Assembly: GCA_037189525.1 (NCBI GenBank)
Contig: JBBCJC010000002.1
Coordinates: 1,088,001 to 1,152,000 of the forward strand
Source: Gemmatimonadales bacterium
GTDB lineage: Bacteria > Gemmatimonadota > Gemmatimonadetes > Gemmatimonadales > GWC2-71-9
Reading direction: 5' to 3'
DNA length: 64,000 nt
In this document: piece after piece, positions 19,610 through 27,680 of the stretch
Layout: the number at the start of each line of letters is the position of its first letter
How positions within the stretch are numbered: position 1 is the stretch's first letter
Made by a program: the position numbers and the translations under genes
Notes under the pieces: generated by a model
The model's database searches: none
The model's input: the letters and a program-made list of their open reading frames with translations, nothing else
What the model was told of the DNA's origin: nothing

Positions 19610-20410
19610 TCAGAGAATCCGGTAGTCGGTCCAGATGCCCATCGAGCAGAGCCGGATGTAGAGGTCCGAGAACGCCACGGTGATCAGGCTGATCCAGGCC
19701 CAGCGGTGGTGCGCCCGGTTGAAACAGGACACACAGGCGTACGGCGTTTGGAACACGGGCCGCTTCGAGAACTGGCGCCGGAAACCGCCGACCACGTGCC
19801 GGAGCGAGTGGCATCCCAGGGTGTATCCGCCCAGACAGATCACGTTGGCCACGAGGATCAGGCTCCCGACCCCGATTCCGAAATTCGTGCCGCCCGATCC
19901 ATCGGCAAACCAGAACCCTTTCCAGGCGTCGTAGCTCAAGAGCACCAGGAAGATCAGCGCGATGATCATGAAGTAGCGATGCACGTTCTGGAGGATCAGC
20001 GGGAGCCTGCGCTCGCCCCAGTACGTTTTCCGGGGTTCACCGACCGTGCAGGACGGCGGGTCGGCCCAGAAGGCTTTGTAGTAGGAGCCGCGGTAGTAGT
20101 AGCAGGTAAGACGGAACAGGCCGGGGAAGGGAAGAATGATCAGCGCGGGAGAAAACGGCAGCCATGCCGGCCACCACCCGGGCTTGGGCCCGAACCACGA
20201 ATGCGGCGAGTCGCCGAACACCTCCGGTGCGTAGAAGGGCGACAGATACGGACCGAAGGTGTAGTGCGCGTTCTGAAATGCGGCCCACGTCGCGTAGACG
20301 ATGAAGGCCGACAGAACCACGAGTACGATGAGCGGCTCGACCCACCAGCGGTCGCGTCGCATGGTCTCCCCGAACCGGCGTCTCGGCAGGGGAATGGCAG
20401 CCAATCCCAT
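19610..20410 (-). CDS. Sdh1-type membrane anchor (mycobacterial Rv0249c-like)
   Basis: YLSPFY, FRLTCYYYR.SYY.AFW.DPP.C, PL.LQN.HRYF, YTLGCHSLRH; abuts sdhA. Confidence 0.85.
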   Translation of the reverse strand: MGLAAIPLPRRRFGETMRRDRWWVEPLIVLVVLSAFIVYATWAAFQNAHYTFGPYLSPFYAPEVFGDSPHSWFGPKPGWWPAWLPFSPALIILPFPGLFRLTCYYYRGSYYKAFWADPPSCTVGEPRKTYWGERRLPLILQNVHRYFMIIALIFLVLLSYDAWKGFWFADGSGGTNFGIGVGSLILVANVICLGGYTLGCHSLRHVVGGFRRQFSKRPVFQTPYACVSCFNRAHHRWAWISLITVAFSDLYIRLCSMGIWTDYRIL

Positions 20411-20619
20411 TGCGATTCAGTTCCCGGACAGATGGTGCGACCAGACGAACAGCGGTACTTCGATATGTTCCCGGAGGATACCTCCGACCGGCGCGCGAGG
20501 CTAGAGGAGGGGGCGACACTCGGGGGCTGGTCCGGGAAACGGCCGATGCGTTACCATTGCGTCGCCGCTGACCGATTCCGCGCGTCGGCCCATCGTTTCC
20601 GTCGGGGTGTGCTGCCGCC

Positions 20620-21456
20620 ATGTCGATCTCGGTGTTTGTCGTCGTTCTCGTCGCCGCCGTACTCAATGCGACGTGGAACGCGGTCGTCAAAGGCGGCAGC
20701 GACAAACAGCTGACCACGGCGCTCGTGACCGTCGCCGGGGCGCTGATCGCGGCGGTCATCCTGCCGTTCCTGCCCATCCCCGCGCGGGCGAGTTGGCCGT
20801 TCCTGGGCGCGTCGCTGTTCTTCCAGGTCGCCTTCTTCGTGCTGGTGGCGCGGACGTACCAGGTGGCCGATATGAGCCTGGCGTACCCGTTGATGCGCGG
20901 TATGGCGCCGCTCGTGGTCACCTTCGTGACGGTCGTCGCATTGGGCGAGTCGCTTTCGATCGCGGCCGGAGTCGGGATTGCCCTGCTCTGTGCTGGCGTG
21001 CTCGGGATGACGGGCGGGATTCCGCGCGGCAGTAGCGCGCGAGGCGTGTCGCTTGCTCTGCTCAACGCGGTCGTGATCGCCGGCTACACTATGATAGACG
21101 GAGCCGGGGTGCGGCGGTCGGGGTCGCCTGCTGCGTATACGCTGTGGCTCTGTTTGCTGACGGGAGTTCCGTTCGCGGTCTGGGTGCTGCGGGCTCGCCG
21201 GGCAGCCTTCACCGCGTATGCCACCCGCCATTGGTTCGTTGGATTGGTCGGTGGGGTCGGGACGCTTGCCTCGTATGGACTGGCTCTCTGGGCAATGACG
21301 CGCGCGCCGATTGCGCTCGTGGCCGCGTTGCGCGAGACCTCGATCCTGGCGGCCATGATGATCTCGGTCTGGCTGCTCGGGGAGCGGGTCGGACCGGTTC
21401 GCGTCCTGGCCGCGTGCCTGATCGTTGTCGGGGCGATGGTGCTGCGGTTCGCCTAA
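20620..21456 (+). CDS. EamA/DMT family transporter
   Basis: About 10 TM; AYPLMRG.APL, YTMIDG.GVR, VAALRETS. Confidence 0.9.
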   Translation: MSISVFVVVLVAAVLNATWNAVVKGGSDKQLTTALVTVAGALIAAVILPFLPIPARASWPFLGASLFFQVAFFVLVARTYQVADMSLAYPLMRGMAPLVVTFVTVVALGESLSIAAGVGIALLCAGVLGMTGGIPRGSSARGVSLALLNAVVIAGYTMIDGAGVRRSGSPAAYTLWLCLLTGVPFAVWVLRARRAAFTAYATRHWFVGLVGGVGTLASYGLALWAMTRAPIALVAALRETSILAAMMISVWLLGERVGPVRVLAACLIVVGAMVLRFA

Positions 21457-21672
21457 CACAGGTGTGCCGTTCCAGTCGAACGAGCGTGTCATCCGTTCAA
21501 TACATGGCAGTCGATAGAGGCCTTAGCCTGTCGATGCGGCCTGAGTCCGGTGGGAATAGGATGAGGGGCTTTCGAGATCCTCGTCATGCCGGTTGAGTAT
21601 GGAGACCTAGGGCCGGGGAGGGGTTGTTTCCGCCCTCAGGGATGGCCGCTGAGGGATCTATATTTGTATCGC

Positions 21673-21963
21673 ATGGCAGATTCTCACACTGGCGGGGAGG
21701 CGCCCTCCCAAACCTGGGCCGGATTGACCCTGGGCCTGGTCGGTCGAGCCTTGATCAATCCGAGGCTCGCCCTCGACCTGCTTCGGATGGCCTGGTCCTT
21801 CCGCCGTCGCTTCTGGTGGCGTACCGCGCCATTCCTGCCGGTGCCCGACCCGGCGTACCTGCGCTGGCGGATGTATACCGCCTACGGCAGCGAGGACGCC
21901 GTCCCGCCGGTCAATGACATCGTCCGGTTCGCTCGCTGGCGCCGGGAGACGATGCGGCTGTGA
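21673..21963 (+). CDS. Small hypothetical protein, translationally coupled to ndh
   Basis: 96 aa, Trp/Arg-rich (WW..APFLPVPDPAYLRWRMYTAYG); its stop overlaps the ndh GTG (GTGA). Confidence 0.7.
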   Translation: MADSHTGGEAPSQTWAGLTLGLVGRALINPRLALDLLRMAWSFRRRFWWRTAPFLPVPDPAYLRWRMYTAYGSEDAVPPVNDIVRFARWRRETMRL

Positions 21964-23243
21964 GTCGCCCGCGTGTGGTGATCCTGGGGGGCGGGTTCGC
22001 GGGTCTCTATCTCGCCAAGGAGCTGGCGGGCCGCCCCGTCGACGTGACCCTGGTCGATCGCACCAATCACCATCTGTTCCAGCCGATGCTGTACCAGATC
22101 GCGACGGCGGCGCTGTCGCCCGGCGACATCGCATCACCGATCCGGTCGATCCTCCGCCGCGCCGGGAACATCGAGGTTCAGCTCGGCGAGGCCGCTGCAA
22201 TCGATCGTGCGGCCCGGTCGGTCACCCTCACCGACGGCAGTGTCATTCCGTTCGATTACCTGGCCGTTGCCACCGGCGCCCGCCACTCGTACTTCGGGCG
22301 ACCGGACTGGGAGGCGCTGGCTCCGGGCATCAAGGACCTGGACGATGCGCTCGAAGTGCGCCGCCGGATTCTCCTGGCATTCGAGCGCGCCGAGCGGGAG
22401 ACCGATCCGGTTGCTCGGCAGAAGCACCTGACCTTCGTGGTCATCGGCGGCGGGCCGACCGGTGTCGAGTTGGCCGGCACGTTGGCGGAGATCCGCCGCT
22501 TTGCGCTGCGTCGGGACTTCCGGCGGATCGATCCGCGCGACGCCACCGTCATGCTGCTGGAGGGCGGTTCTCGGCTGCTGCCGTCCTATCCGGAGGAATT
22601 GAGTCAGAAGGCCAAGGAAACGCTCCGGGAAATGGGCGTCGACGTGCGCACCGAGACGTTCGTCACCGCGATCGAGCCGGGTTTCGTCACCGCCGCCGAC
22701 TGGCGCATTCCCGCCGCGACGATCCTCTGGGCCGCGGGTAATCAGGCGAGCCCCATCCTCCGGGATCTGGATGTCCCGCTTGACCGGCAAGGGCGGGTCA
22801 TCGTCGAACCGGATTGCAGCATCCCCGGCGACTCGAAGATCTTCGTTCTGGGAGACGCCGCCGCCCACCTGCACGGCAAGGAGCCGGTTCCGGCGGTCTG
22901 CCCGGCGGCGATCCAGATGGGCCAGTATGCGGGGCGAACCGTTCGTGCGGACCTGGCGAACAAGCCGAGAACGCCGTTTCGGTACTGGGACAAAGGGCAG
23001 CTCGCCGTGATCGGACGCGGCCGAGCCGTGGCGGACATCGGACGATTCGAAACCGATGGGTTCGTGGCGTGGCTGCTCTGGATCTTCGTCCACATCTTCT
23101 TTCTGATCGGCTTCCGGAATCGGGTCGTGGTGCTCTTCGAGTGGGCCTGGTCGTTCATCACCTTCCAGCGGGGCGCCCGCCTGATTACCGGGGTCTGGGA
23201 ACCCGGCACCCTCCTGGAACGTCCGAAGGGAGAGAACCCGTGA
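21960..23243 (+). CDS. ndh: Type II NADH dehydrogenase
   Basis: GGGFAG, HLFQPMLYQ.AT, GGGPTGVELAG, WAAG, AIQMG, F.YWDKG.LA.IGR. Confidence 0.93.
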   Translation: MSRPRVVILGGGFAGLYLAKELAGRPVDVTLVDRTNHHLFQPMLYQIATAALSPGDIASPIRSILRRAGNIEVQLGEAAAIDRAARSVTLTDGSVIPFDYLAVATGARHSYFGRPDWEALAPGIKDLDDALEVRRRILLAFERAERETDPVARQKHLTFVVIGGGPTGVELAGTLAEIRRFALRRDFRRIDPRDATVMLLEGGSRLLPSYPEELSQKAKETLREMGVDVRTETFVTAIEPGFVTAADWRIPAATILWAAGNQASPILRDLDVPLDRQGRVIVEPDCSIPGDSKIFVLGDAAAHLHGKEPVPAVCPAAIQMGQYAGRTVRADLANKPRTPFRYWDKGQLAVIGRGRAVADIGRFETDGFVAWLLWIFVHIFFLIGFRNRVVVLFEWAWSFITFQRGARLITGVWEPGTLLERPKGENP

Positions 23244-24166
23244 GCCTGCGCAGCGGTCTTGCGCAGGAAGCAGAGCGGCTCGGCTTCGTAGCTTGCGGGG
23301 TGACCACGCTCGACCCCAATGCACACGGTCATGTGCTCGATGCCTGGCTTGCTAAGGGGTACGGCGGGACGATGCGGTACCTCAATCGGCAGGCCAAGAA
23401 GCGGAAGCAGCCGGCGGACATCGTGCCCGGTGCGGTACGCGCCGTCCTCGTGCTCGAGAACTATTACCTCGAGGATCCGCCCGCCGAGGGTAAGCAGGTG
23501 CGGATTGCCCGCTATGCGCGGGGGCGCGACTACCATCAGCATTTCCGGGCGCGGATCGATCAGCTTGGTGCGTGGCTCACGGCGCAGGGCGCGTCGATTG
23601 CGCATTCGTACGCCGACAGCGGCCCCGTGCCGGAGCGTGAGCTGGCGGTGCGCGCCGGGCTCGGCTGGATCGGCAAGAACGCGATGCTGGTCAGGCCGGG
23701 GGTCGGGTCGTTCTTTTTCATCGGCTCGTTGCTCACCGACCTCCCGATCGAGCCGGACCCGCCGTTTGCAACCGATCACTGCGGCAGCTGTACCCGATGT
23801 CTCGACGCCTGTCCAACCGAGGCACTGGTCGAACCGGGCGTGCTCGACGCCACCAGGTGTATTGCGTACCTCACCATCGAATACAAGGCCGAGATCCCCG
23901 AACCGCTGGTCGACCGGCTGGCGGGGTGGGCGTTCGGTTGTGATATCTGTAACGAGGTCTGCCCCTGGAACGTCCGGTTTGCCACGCCGACCGATGATGC
24001 GGCCTATCGGGATCGCGGCGCCATCGCGACCGATGACCCCGCGTTCTTCGAGCAGATGGACGAAGACACCTTCGCCGCCCGGTTCGGCGATACCCCGCTC
24101 GAGCGCCCCGGTCTGGACCGGATGCGCCGCAACTTCACCAACGCCTTTCGTTCGTTATCCTCATGA
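23240..24166 (+). CDS. queG: Epoxyqueuosine reductase
   Basis: ARYARGRDYH, D.GPV.ER.LA.RAGLGWIGKN, CGSCTRCLDACPT, FGCDICNEVCPWN; GTG overlaps the ndh stop. Confidence 0.93.
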   Translation: MSLRSGLAQEAERLGFVACGVTTLDPNAHGHVLDAWLAKGYGGTMRYLNRQAKKRKQPADIVPGAVRAVLVLENYYLEDPPAEGKQVRIARYARGRDYHQHFRARIDQLGAWLTAQGASIAHSYADSGPVPERELAVRAGLGWIGKNAMLVRPGVGSFFFIGSLLTDLPIEPDPPFATDHCGSCTRCLDACPTEALVEPGVLDATRCIAYLTIEYKAEIPEPLVDRLAGWAFGCDICNEVCPWNVRFATPTDDAAYRDRGAIATDDPAFFEQMDEDTFAARFGDTPLERPGLDRMRRNFTNAFRSLSS

Positions 24167-24540
24167 TTCAACGCATGCATTCGATCGCGGTGTTCGTCAA
24201 CGACCTGGAACCCGCGATGGTTTTTTATCGGGATGTGCTCAAGCTGCCGGTACACAAGGCGGGATCGTTTGGTGCGGAGTTCCTCGAGTTGCCGCCGCAC
24301 TTGAGCGTGCATCCGGCCAATCACCCGGACGCGAAAAAACTGGTGGGCCGCCATACCGGGATTACTCTGGAGGTGGAAGGCCTGCTGCACTTCTGCGGCG
24401 ACCTGCATGCCAAGGGGGTCAAGTTCCTGACGGAGCCGACGCAGATGGCCTGGGGTATCATGGCGATGGTCAGTGACCCGGAAGGGAATGTCTTCGCGCT
24501 CTGGGAGAACAAGTTGCCGGAGGATCAGGAGCCCGGCTGA
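24163..24540 (+). CDS. VOC/glyoxalase family protein
   Basis: V.DL..A..FY.DVL.L, GVKF..EP....WG, DPEGN. Confidence 0.88.
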   Translation: MIQRMHSIAVFVNDLEPAMVFYRDVLKLPVHKAGSFGAEFLELPPHLSVHPANHPDAKKLVGRHTGITLEVEGLLHFCGDLHAKGVKFLTEPTQMAWGIMAMVSDPEGNVFALWENKLPEDQEPG

Positions 24541-24566
24541 CCCGCTAGCTGCACATCAGGAGAGGC

Positions 24567-24596
24567 GGGGGCGCGGCGGAAACCGTGCCCCCTTTT
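24567..24596 (+). terminator. Intrinsic terminator
   Basis: GGGGGCGCGG-CGGAAA-CCGTGCCCCC followed by TTTT. Confidence 0.7.
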
Positions 24597-24600
24597 CGTG

Positions 24601-25713
24601 TCAGGGAACCAGCGGGCGCGCCTGGATCGGAACGCCGAGTGCGGCGTGCACCAGCTGGCGCATCAGCTCGCCGCTCCGGGCCGTGCCGGAGTTCGCGATC
24701 ACGGTCACCGACAGCTGCTCGCTCGGGATCCAGGTGTTGGCCGTGATGAACCCTGGAATGCCGCCGCCGTGCGAGATCGCCTGCCGTCCCGCCATCGAGT
24801 CGACTCCCAGCCCGAATCCGTAGCCCCGGTTCTCGCCACGCGCGGCGGGGCCTTCGGGCGTCGTCATCAGCCGGTATGATTCCGCCGACACGACCTTCCC
24901 GTTGTGCAGCGCCTGGTTCCAACGCACCAGATCACCGGCCGTCGAGCACATCGCGCCTGCTGCGTGGGGCTGTGACATCGCCAGGAAGGGCGAGTTGACC
25001 CAGCCGCCCTCTTTCTTCTGCTCGTAGCCGTGGCCGCGGTTCGGAATGATCGACTCGGTCAGGCAGTTCCGCGTATCCGAAAGACCGAGCGGCTTGGCGA
25101 ACCGTTCCTGGAGATCCTCACCCCAGGGCCGACCGGTCACTTTCTCGATCAGCATTCCCAGGATGACATAGCCGCTGTTGTTGTAGGCGTACTTGGTTCC
25201 GATCGGAAAATCGAGCGGCTTCCCGGCACTCAGGGCAACGATGGTGTCGGTCGACATCTCCTCGCCCCAGCGGGAACGCCATGCCGGCCCGAGGCTGGTA
25301 TAGCTCGGGATACCGGACGTGTGGTTGAGGAGCTGCCGAACCGTGACCGGCTCCCAGGGGTCCGGCAACGAGGGCAGGTATTTCCCGATCGGGTCGTCCA
25401 GTTTGACCTTGCCCTGTTCCACCAGCTGCATCACCGCCGCCGCGGTGAACTGCTTGGTCACCGATCCGATCCGGTAAACCGACTTGGCCGTGGCGGGTGT
25501 CTGATTCTCGAGGTCGGCCATGCCGTAGCCGCTCAGGAGCAGGGTGTCTTTGCCGCGAACGACCGAGACCACCACGCTCGGCGCGCCACCCGACGTGACG
25601 AAGGCGCGTGACAGGGAATCAGCCAGCCGGTGCACGGTGGCCGGCGCCGGAAGAGACTGGGCGCTGGCGCTGGCCGCGATGCCGAGGGTCAGACAGAGGG
25701 TAAGGCGTACCAT
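24601..25713 (-). CDS. Secreted serine hydrolase, beta-lactamase class C/S12 fold
   Basis: Signal peptide; GSVTK, LLNHTSG, YNN, HGG motifs. Confidence 0.92.
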   Translation of the reverse strand: MVRLTLCLTLGIAASASAQSLPAPATVHRLADSLSRAFVTSGGAPSVVVSVVRGKDTLLLSGYGMADLENQTPATAKSVYRIGSVTKQFTAAAVMQLVEQGKVKLDDPIGKYLPSLPDPWEPVTVRQLLNHTSGIPSYTSLGPAWRSRWGEEMSTDTIVALSAGKPLDFPIGTKYAYNNSGYVILGMLIEKVTGRPWGEDLQERFAKPLGLSDTRNCLTESIIPNRGHGYEQKKEGGWVNSPFLAMSQPHAAGAMCSTAGDLVRWNQALHNGKVVSAESYRLMTTPEGPAARGENRGYGFGLGVDSMAGRQAISHGGGIPGFITANTWIPSEQLSVTVIANSGTARSGELMRQLVHAALGVPIQARPLVP

Positions 25714-25749
25714 CAACGGATTCTCCGGGAACGAGGGGGCTGCGACGGT

Positions 25750-26247
25750 CTAACGGAGTTCACCGCTGCCCGGTTTCATCGACTCATGGACCGCTACAAT
25801 CTTCCAGCGCCCGTCCTCGTGCACCAGTACCTCGCTTCGCGCGACCACTTCCCGCCAGACTCGGCCCGACGTATCCGCCTTTTCACAGTCGAGCACCGCG
25901 GTCACCACGGCGGCGGTTCGGCTCAGGACGTCCACGCGGAACGGATCGGGCCAGTGGCACTCCACTCTGGTGTAGGTCGCATAACGGGGCGGCGCCCCGC
26001 GGAGGATCGCGGGCCAGTCACCGATCTCGCCGTTGCCGACGTATGCCGTGTTGGCGCCGTAGTACGCCAGCACGGAATCGACGTCCCGTGTGCGCATGGC
26101 GACGATCATCGCCTCCGACACGGCGCGCACGGTGTCCTCGATCGCAGCGCGCGCCGTGGCATCGAGCGGCGGCCGCGCCGGAGTCGACCCGGCGCTGCAG
26201 CCGGCAAGCCCGAGGGCAATGCCGAACTGTTGGAGAAGTTTCTTCAT
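25750..26247 (-). CDS. NTF2-like (DUF4440/SnoaL-like) lipoprotein
   Basis: Lipobox LAGC; ends DGRWKIVAVHES. Confidence 0.8.
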   Translation of the reverse strand: MKKLLQQFGIALGLAGCSAGSTPARPPLDATARAAIEDTVRAVSEAMIVAMRTRDVDSVLAYYGANTAYVGNGEIGDWPAILRGAPPRYATYTRVECHWPDPFRVDVLSRTAAVVTAVLDCEKADTSGRVWREVVARSEVLVHEDGRWKIVAVHESMKPGSGELR

Positions 26248-26345
26248 GCGGACGAGGATACCGTCTGCGTCCGGGCAGGGGAAGGGTAGTGCTCGGCGGG
26301 GAGAGTGGGCGGAACCGCGAACACGATTCCGCCCGGTGCTGCAGC

Positions 26346-27680
26346 CTAACGCAGGGCGAGATTGGGATTGTTGCGGCGTTCGATGTCGGGCAGCGGGAAA
26401 CAGGTCATCGTGCCGTAGCTCCCGCCCTGGCGGAAAGGCGTTCCCGCCGCGGGCCGGAACGGCTGGTTGAGCCGGATCAGATCGCCCAGCCGATGTGATT
26501 CCAGGAAGAGCTCGCGGCGCCGTTCCTCCAGCAGGGCGGATCGGACGGCCTCGACGGTCTGTCCACCGGAGTAGTTCGGCAGATCGGCCGCGTCGCGCAG
26601 TTCGTCGATGATGGCAATCGCCCCGGTCGGGTCGTTTGCCGCCAGTCGCGCTTCCCCGATAATGATGCGGGCTTCGGCCCATCGCGCGATCGGCATCGGA
26701 CTCGATGGCGCGGCATACTTGTTCGGCGTGACGAGCTGATTCCCGTTCAATGTCGTCTGGCCGGTATGGGTCAGGGCAACGCGCGGGTCGGGAGTACCGT
26801 CGATCGAGAGATGCCAGTAGAAGGAGTCGACAGCTGCGCGGCTTTCGATGCGGATCCACTGGTGGAGCTGGTTGGTCGATCGCCAGTTGGCGCCGGCAAA
26901 CCGGGCCTGGCGGACAAACCCGGCTGGAATCGCCGCGGCGTCAGCGGCCGCGTCATTGTGACGGCCGAGATTGAGGCGGGTTCGGGCGCGCCCCAGTCGG
27001 GCAAAGTTGGCGAGGTTCGGATCGTTCGCGGCGGTGGCCTCCGCAATCGCGGCGGTGAACTTGGCCTCGGCCGCTGCCCACGCCGCGGGGCGCGACAGTT
27101 CCGGTCCCGTATCGATCGCCAGCGAACACATGGCCTCGCCCAGCAGGAGGATGCTGTACGCTTCGTACGCAGACGTCTCGGCCAGCAAGGCTGCGCGACG
27201 AGGCACTTCGGTGTCGCTCCATCCGGTCAGCAACTCATGGGCACGATAGTTACCGAAGCGGGCAGTGGACAGCGACGCGTAGACGCCGATCTCGCCCCCC
27301 GCGCCGGTCGAACACGGCGCCGTACCGTATGTTCCGCCCACTTCCGTAAAGGTCCGGCGTTCGTAGTCGAAGCTGTTGTTGTCGCCCCAGGCAACTTCGT
27401 CGGCGACCAGTCCGCCGGCAAGAGTGTAGTTCGAGAAGGCACAGTCGAAATCGTTGACGGCGCTGCGGACCAGGAGTTCGGCGTTGGCCGGCGTCTCCAG
27501 ATCCGATGCGAGAACCTGGTCGACACTGGTTACTTCGAGCAATCCGTCGAAGATCGAGCAGGCCGACAAGGTGGCGGTCAGCAGACAGAGCGCGGCTCCC
27601 CGGCGGGATGCGGCGCGGAAGCGTCGTGATGGCATGAGATCTCCGGTCGGCATCGTAGGTGCGTCGTATCGTGTGGTCAT
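26346..27680 (-). CDS. RagB/SusD family lipoprotein
   Basis: Lipobox LSAC; ERRRELFLESHRLGDL.R; FPLP..E...NPNL. Start uncertain: 27680 overlaps the susC stop; 27653 or 27635 are also possible. Confidence 0.88.
   Translation of the reverse strand: MTTRYDAPTMPTGDLMPSRRFRAASRRGAALCLLTATLSACSIFDGLLEVTSVDQVLASDLETPANAELLVRSAVNDFDCAFSNYTLAGGLVADEVAWGDNNSFDYERRTFTEVGGTYGTAPCSTGAGGEIGVYASLSTARFGNYRAHELLTGWSDTEVPRRAALLAETSAYEAYSILLLGEAMCSLAIDTGPELSRPAAWAAAEAKFTAAIAEATAANDPNLANFARLGRARTRLNLGRHNDAAADAAAIPAGFVRQARFAGANWRSTNQLHQWIRIESRAAVDSFYWHLSIDGTPDPRVALTHTGQTTLNGNQLVTPNKYAAPSSPMPIARWAEARIIIGEARLAANDPTGAIAIIDELRDAADLPNYSGGQTVEAVRSALLEERRRELFLESHRLGDLIRLNQPFRPAAGTPFRQGGSYGTMTCFPLPDIERRNNPNLALR

Noticed and set aside
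17723..20713. 996-aa plus-strand ORF
   Set aside because: Antisense shadow of sdhA and the anchor gene; no motifs. Long antisense frames are expected at high GC with biased third positions.
21457..21672. Possible ncRNA in a 216-bp intergenic region with two hairpins
   Set aside because: No recognisable RNA family motif; the hairpins (about 21561-21587 and 21633-21655) could be a terminator and promoter context. An Rfam search would be needed.
24601..25713. Antibiotic-resistance beta-lactamase
   Set aside because: HGG in place of KTG and overall S12 peptidase/esterase features; the fold alone does not imply resistance.
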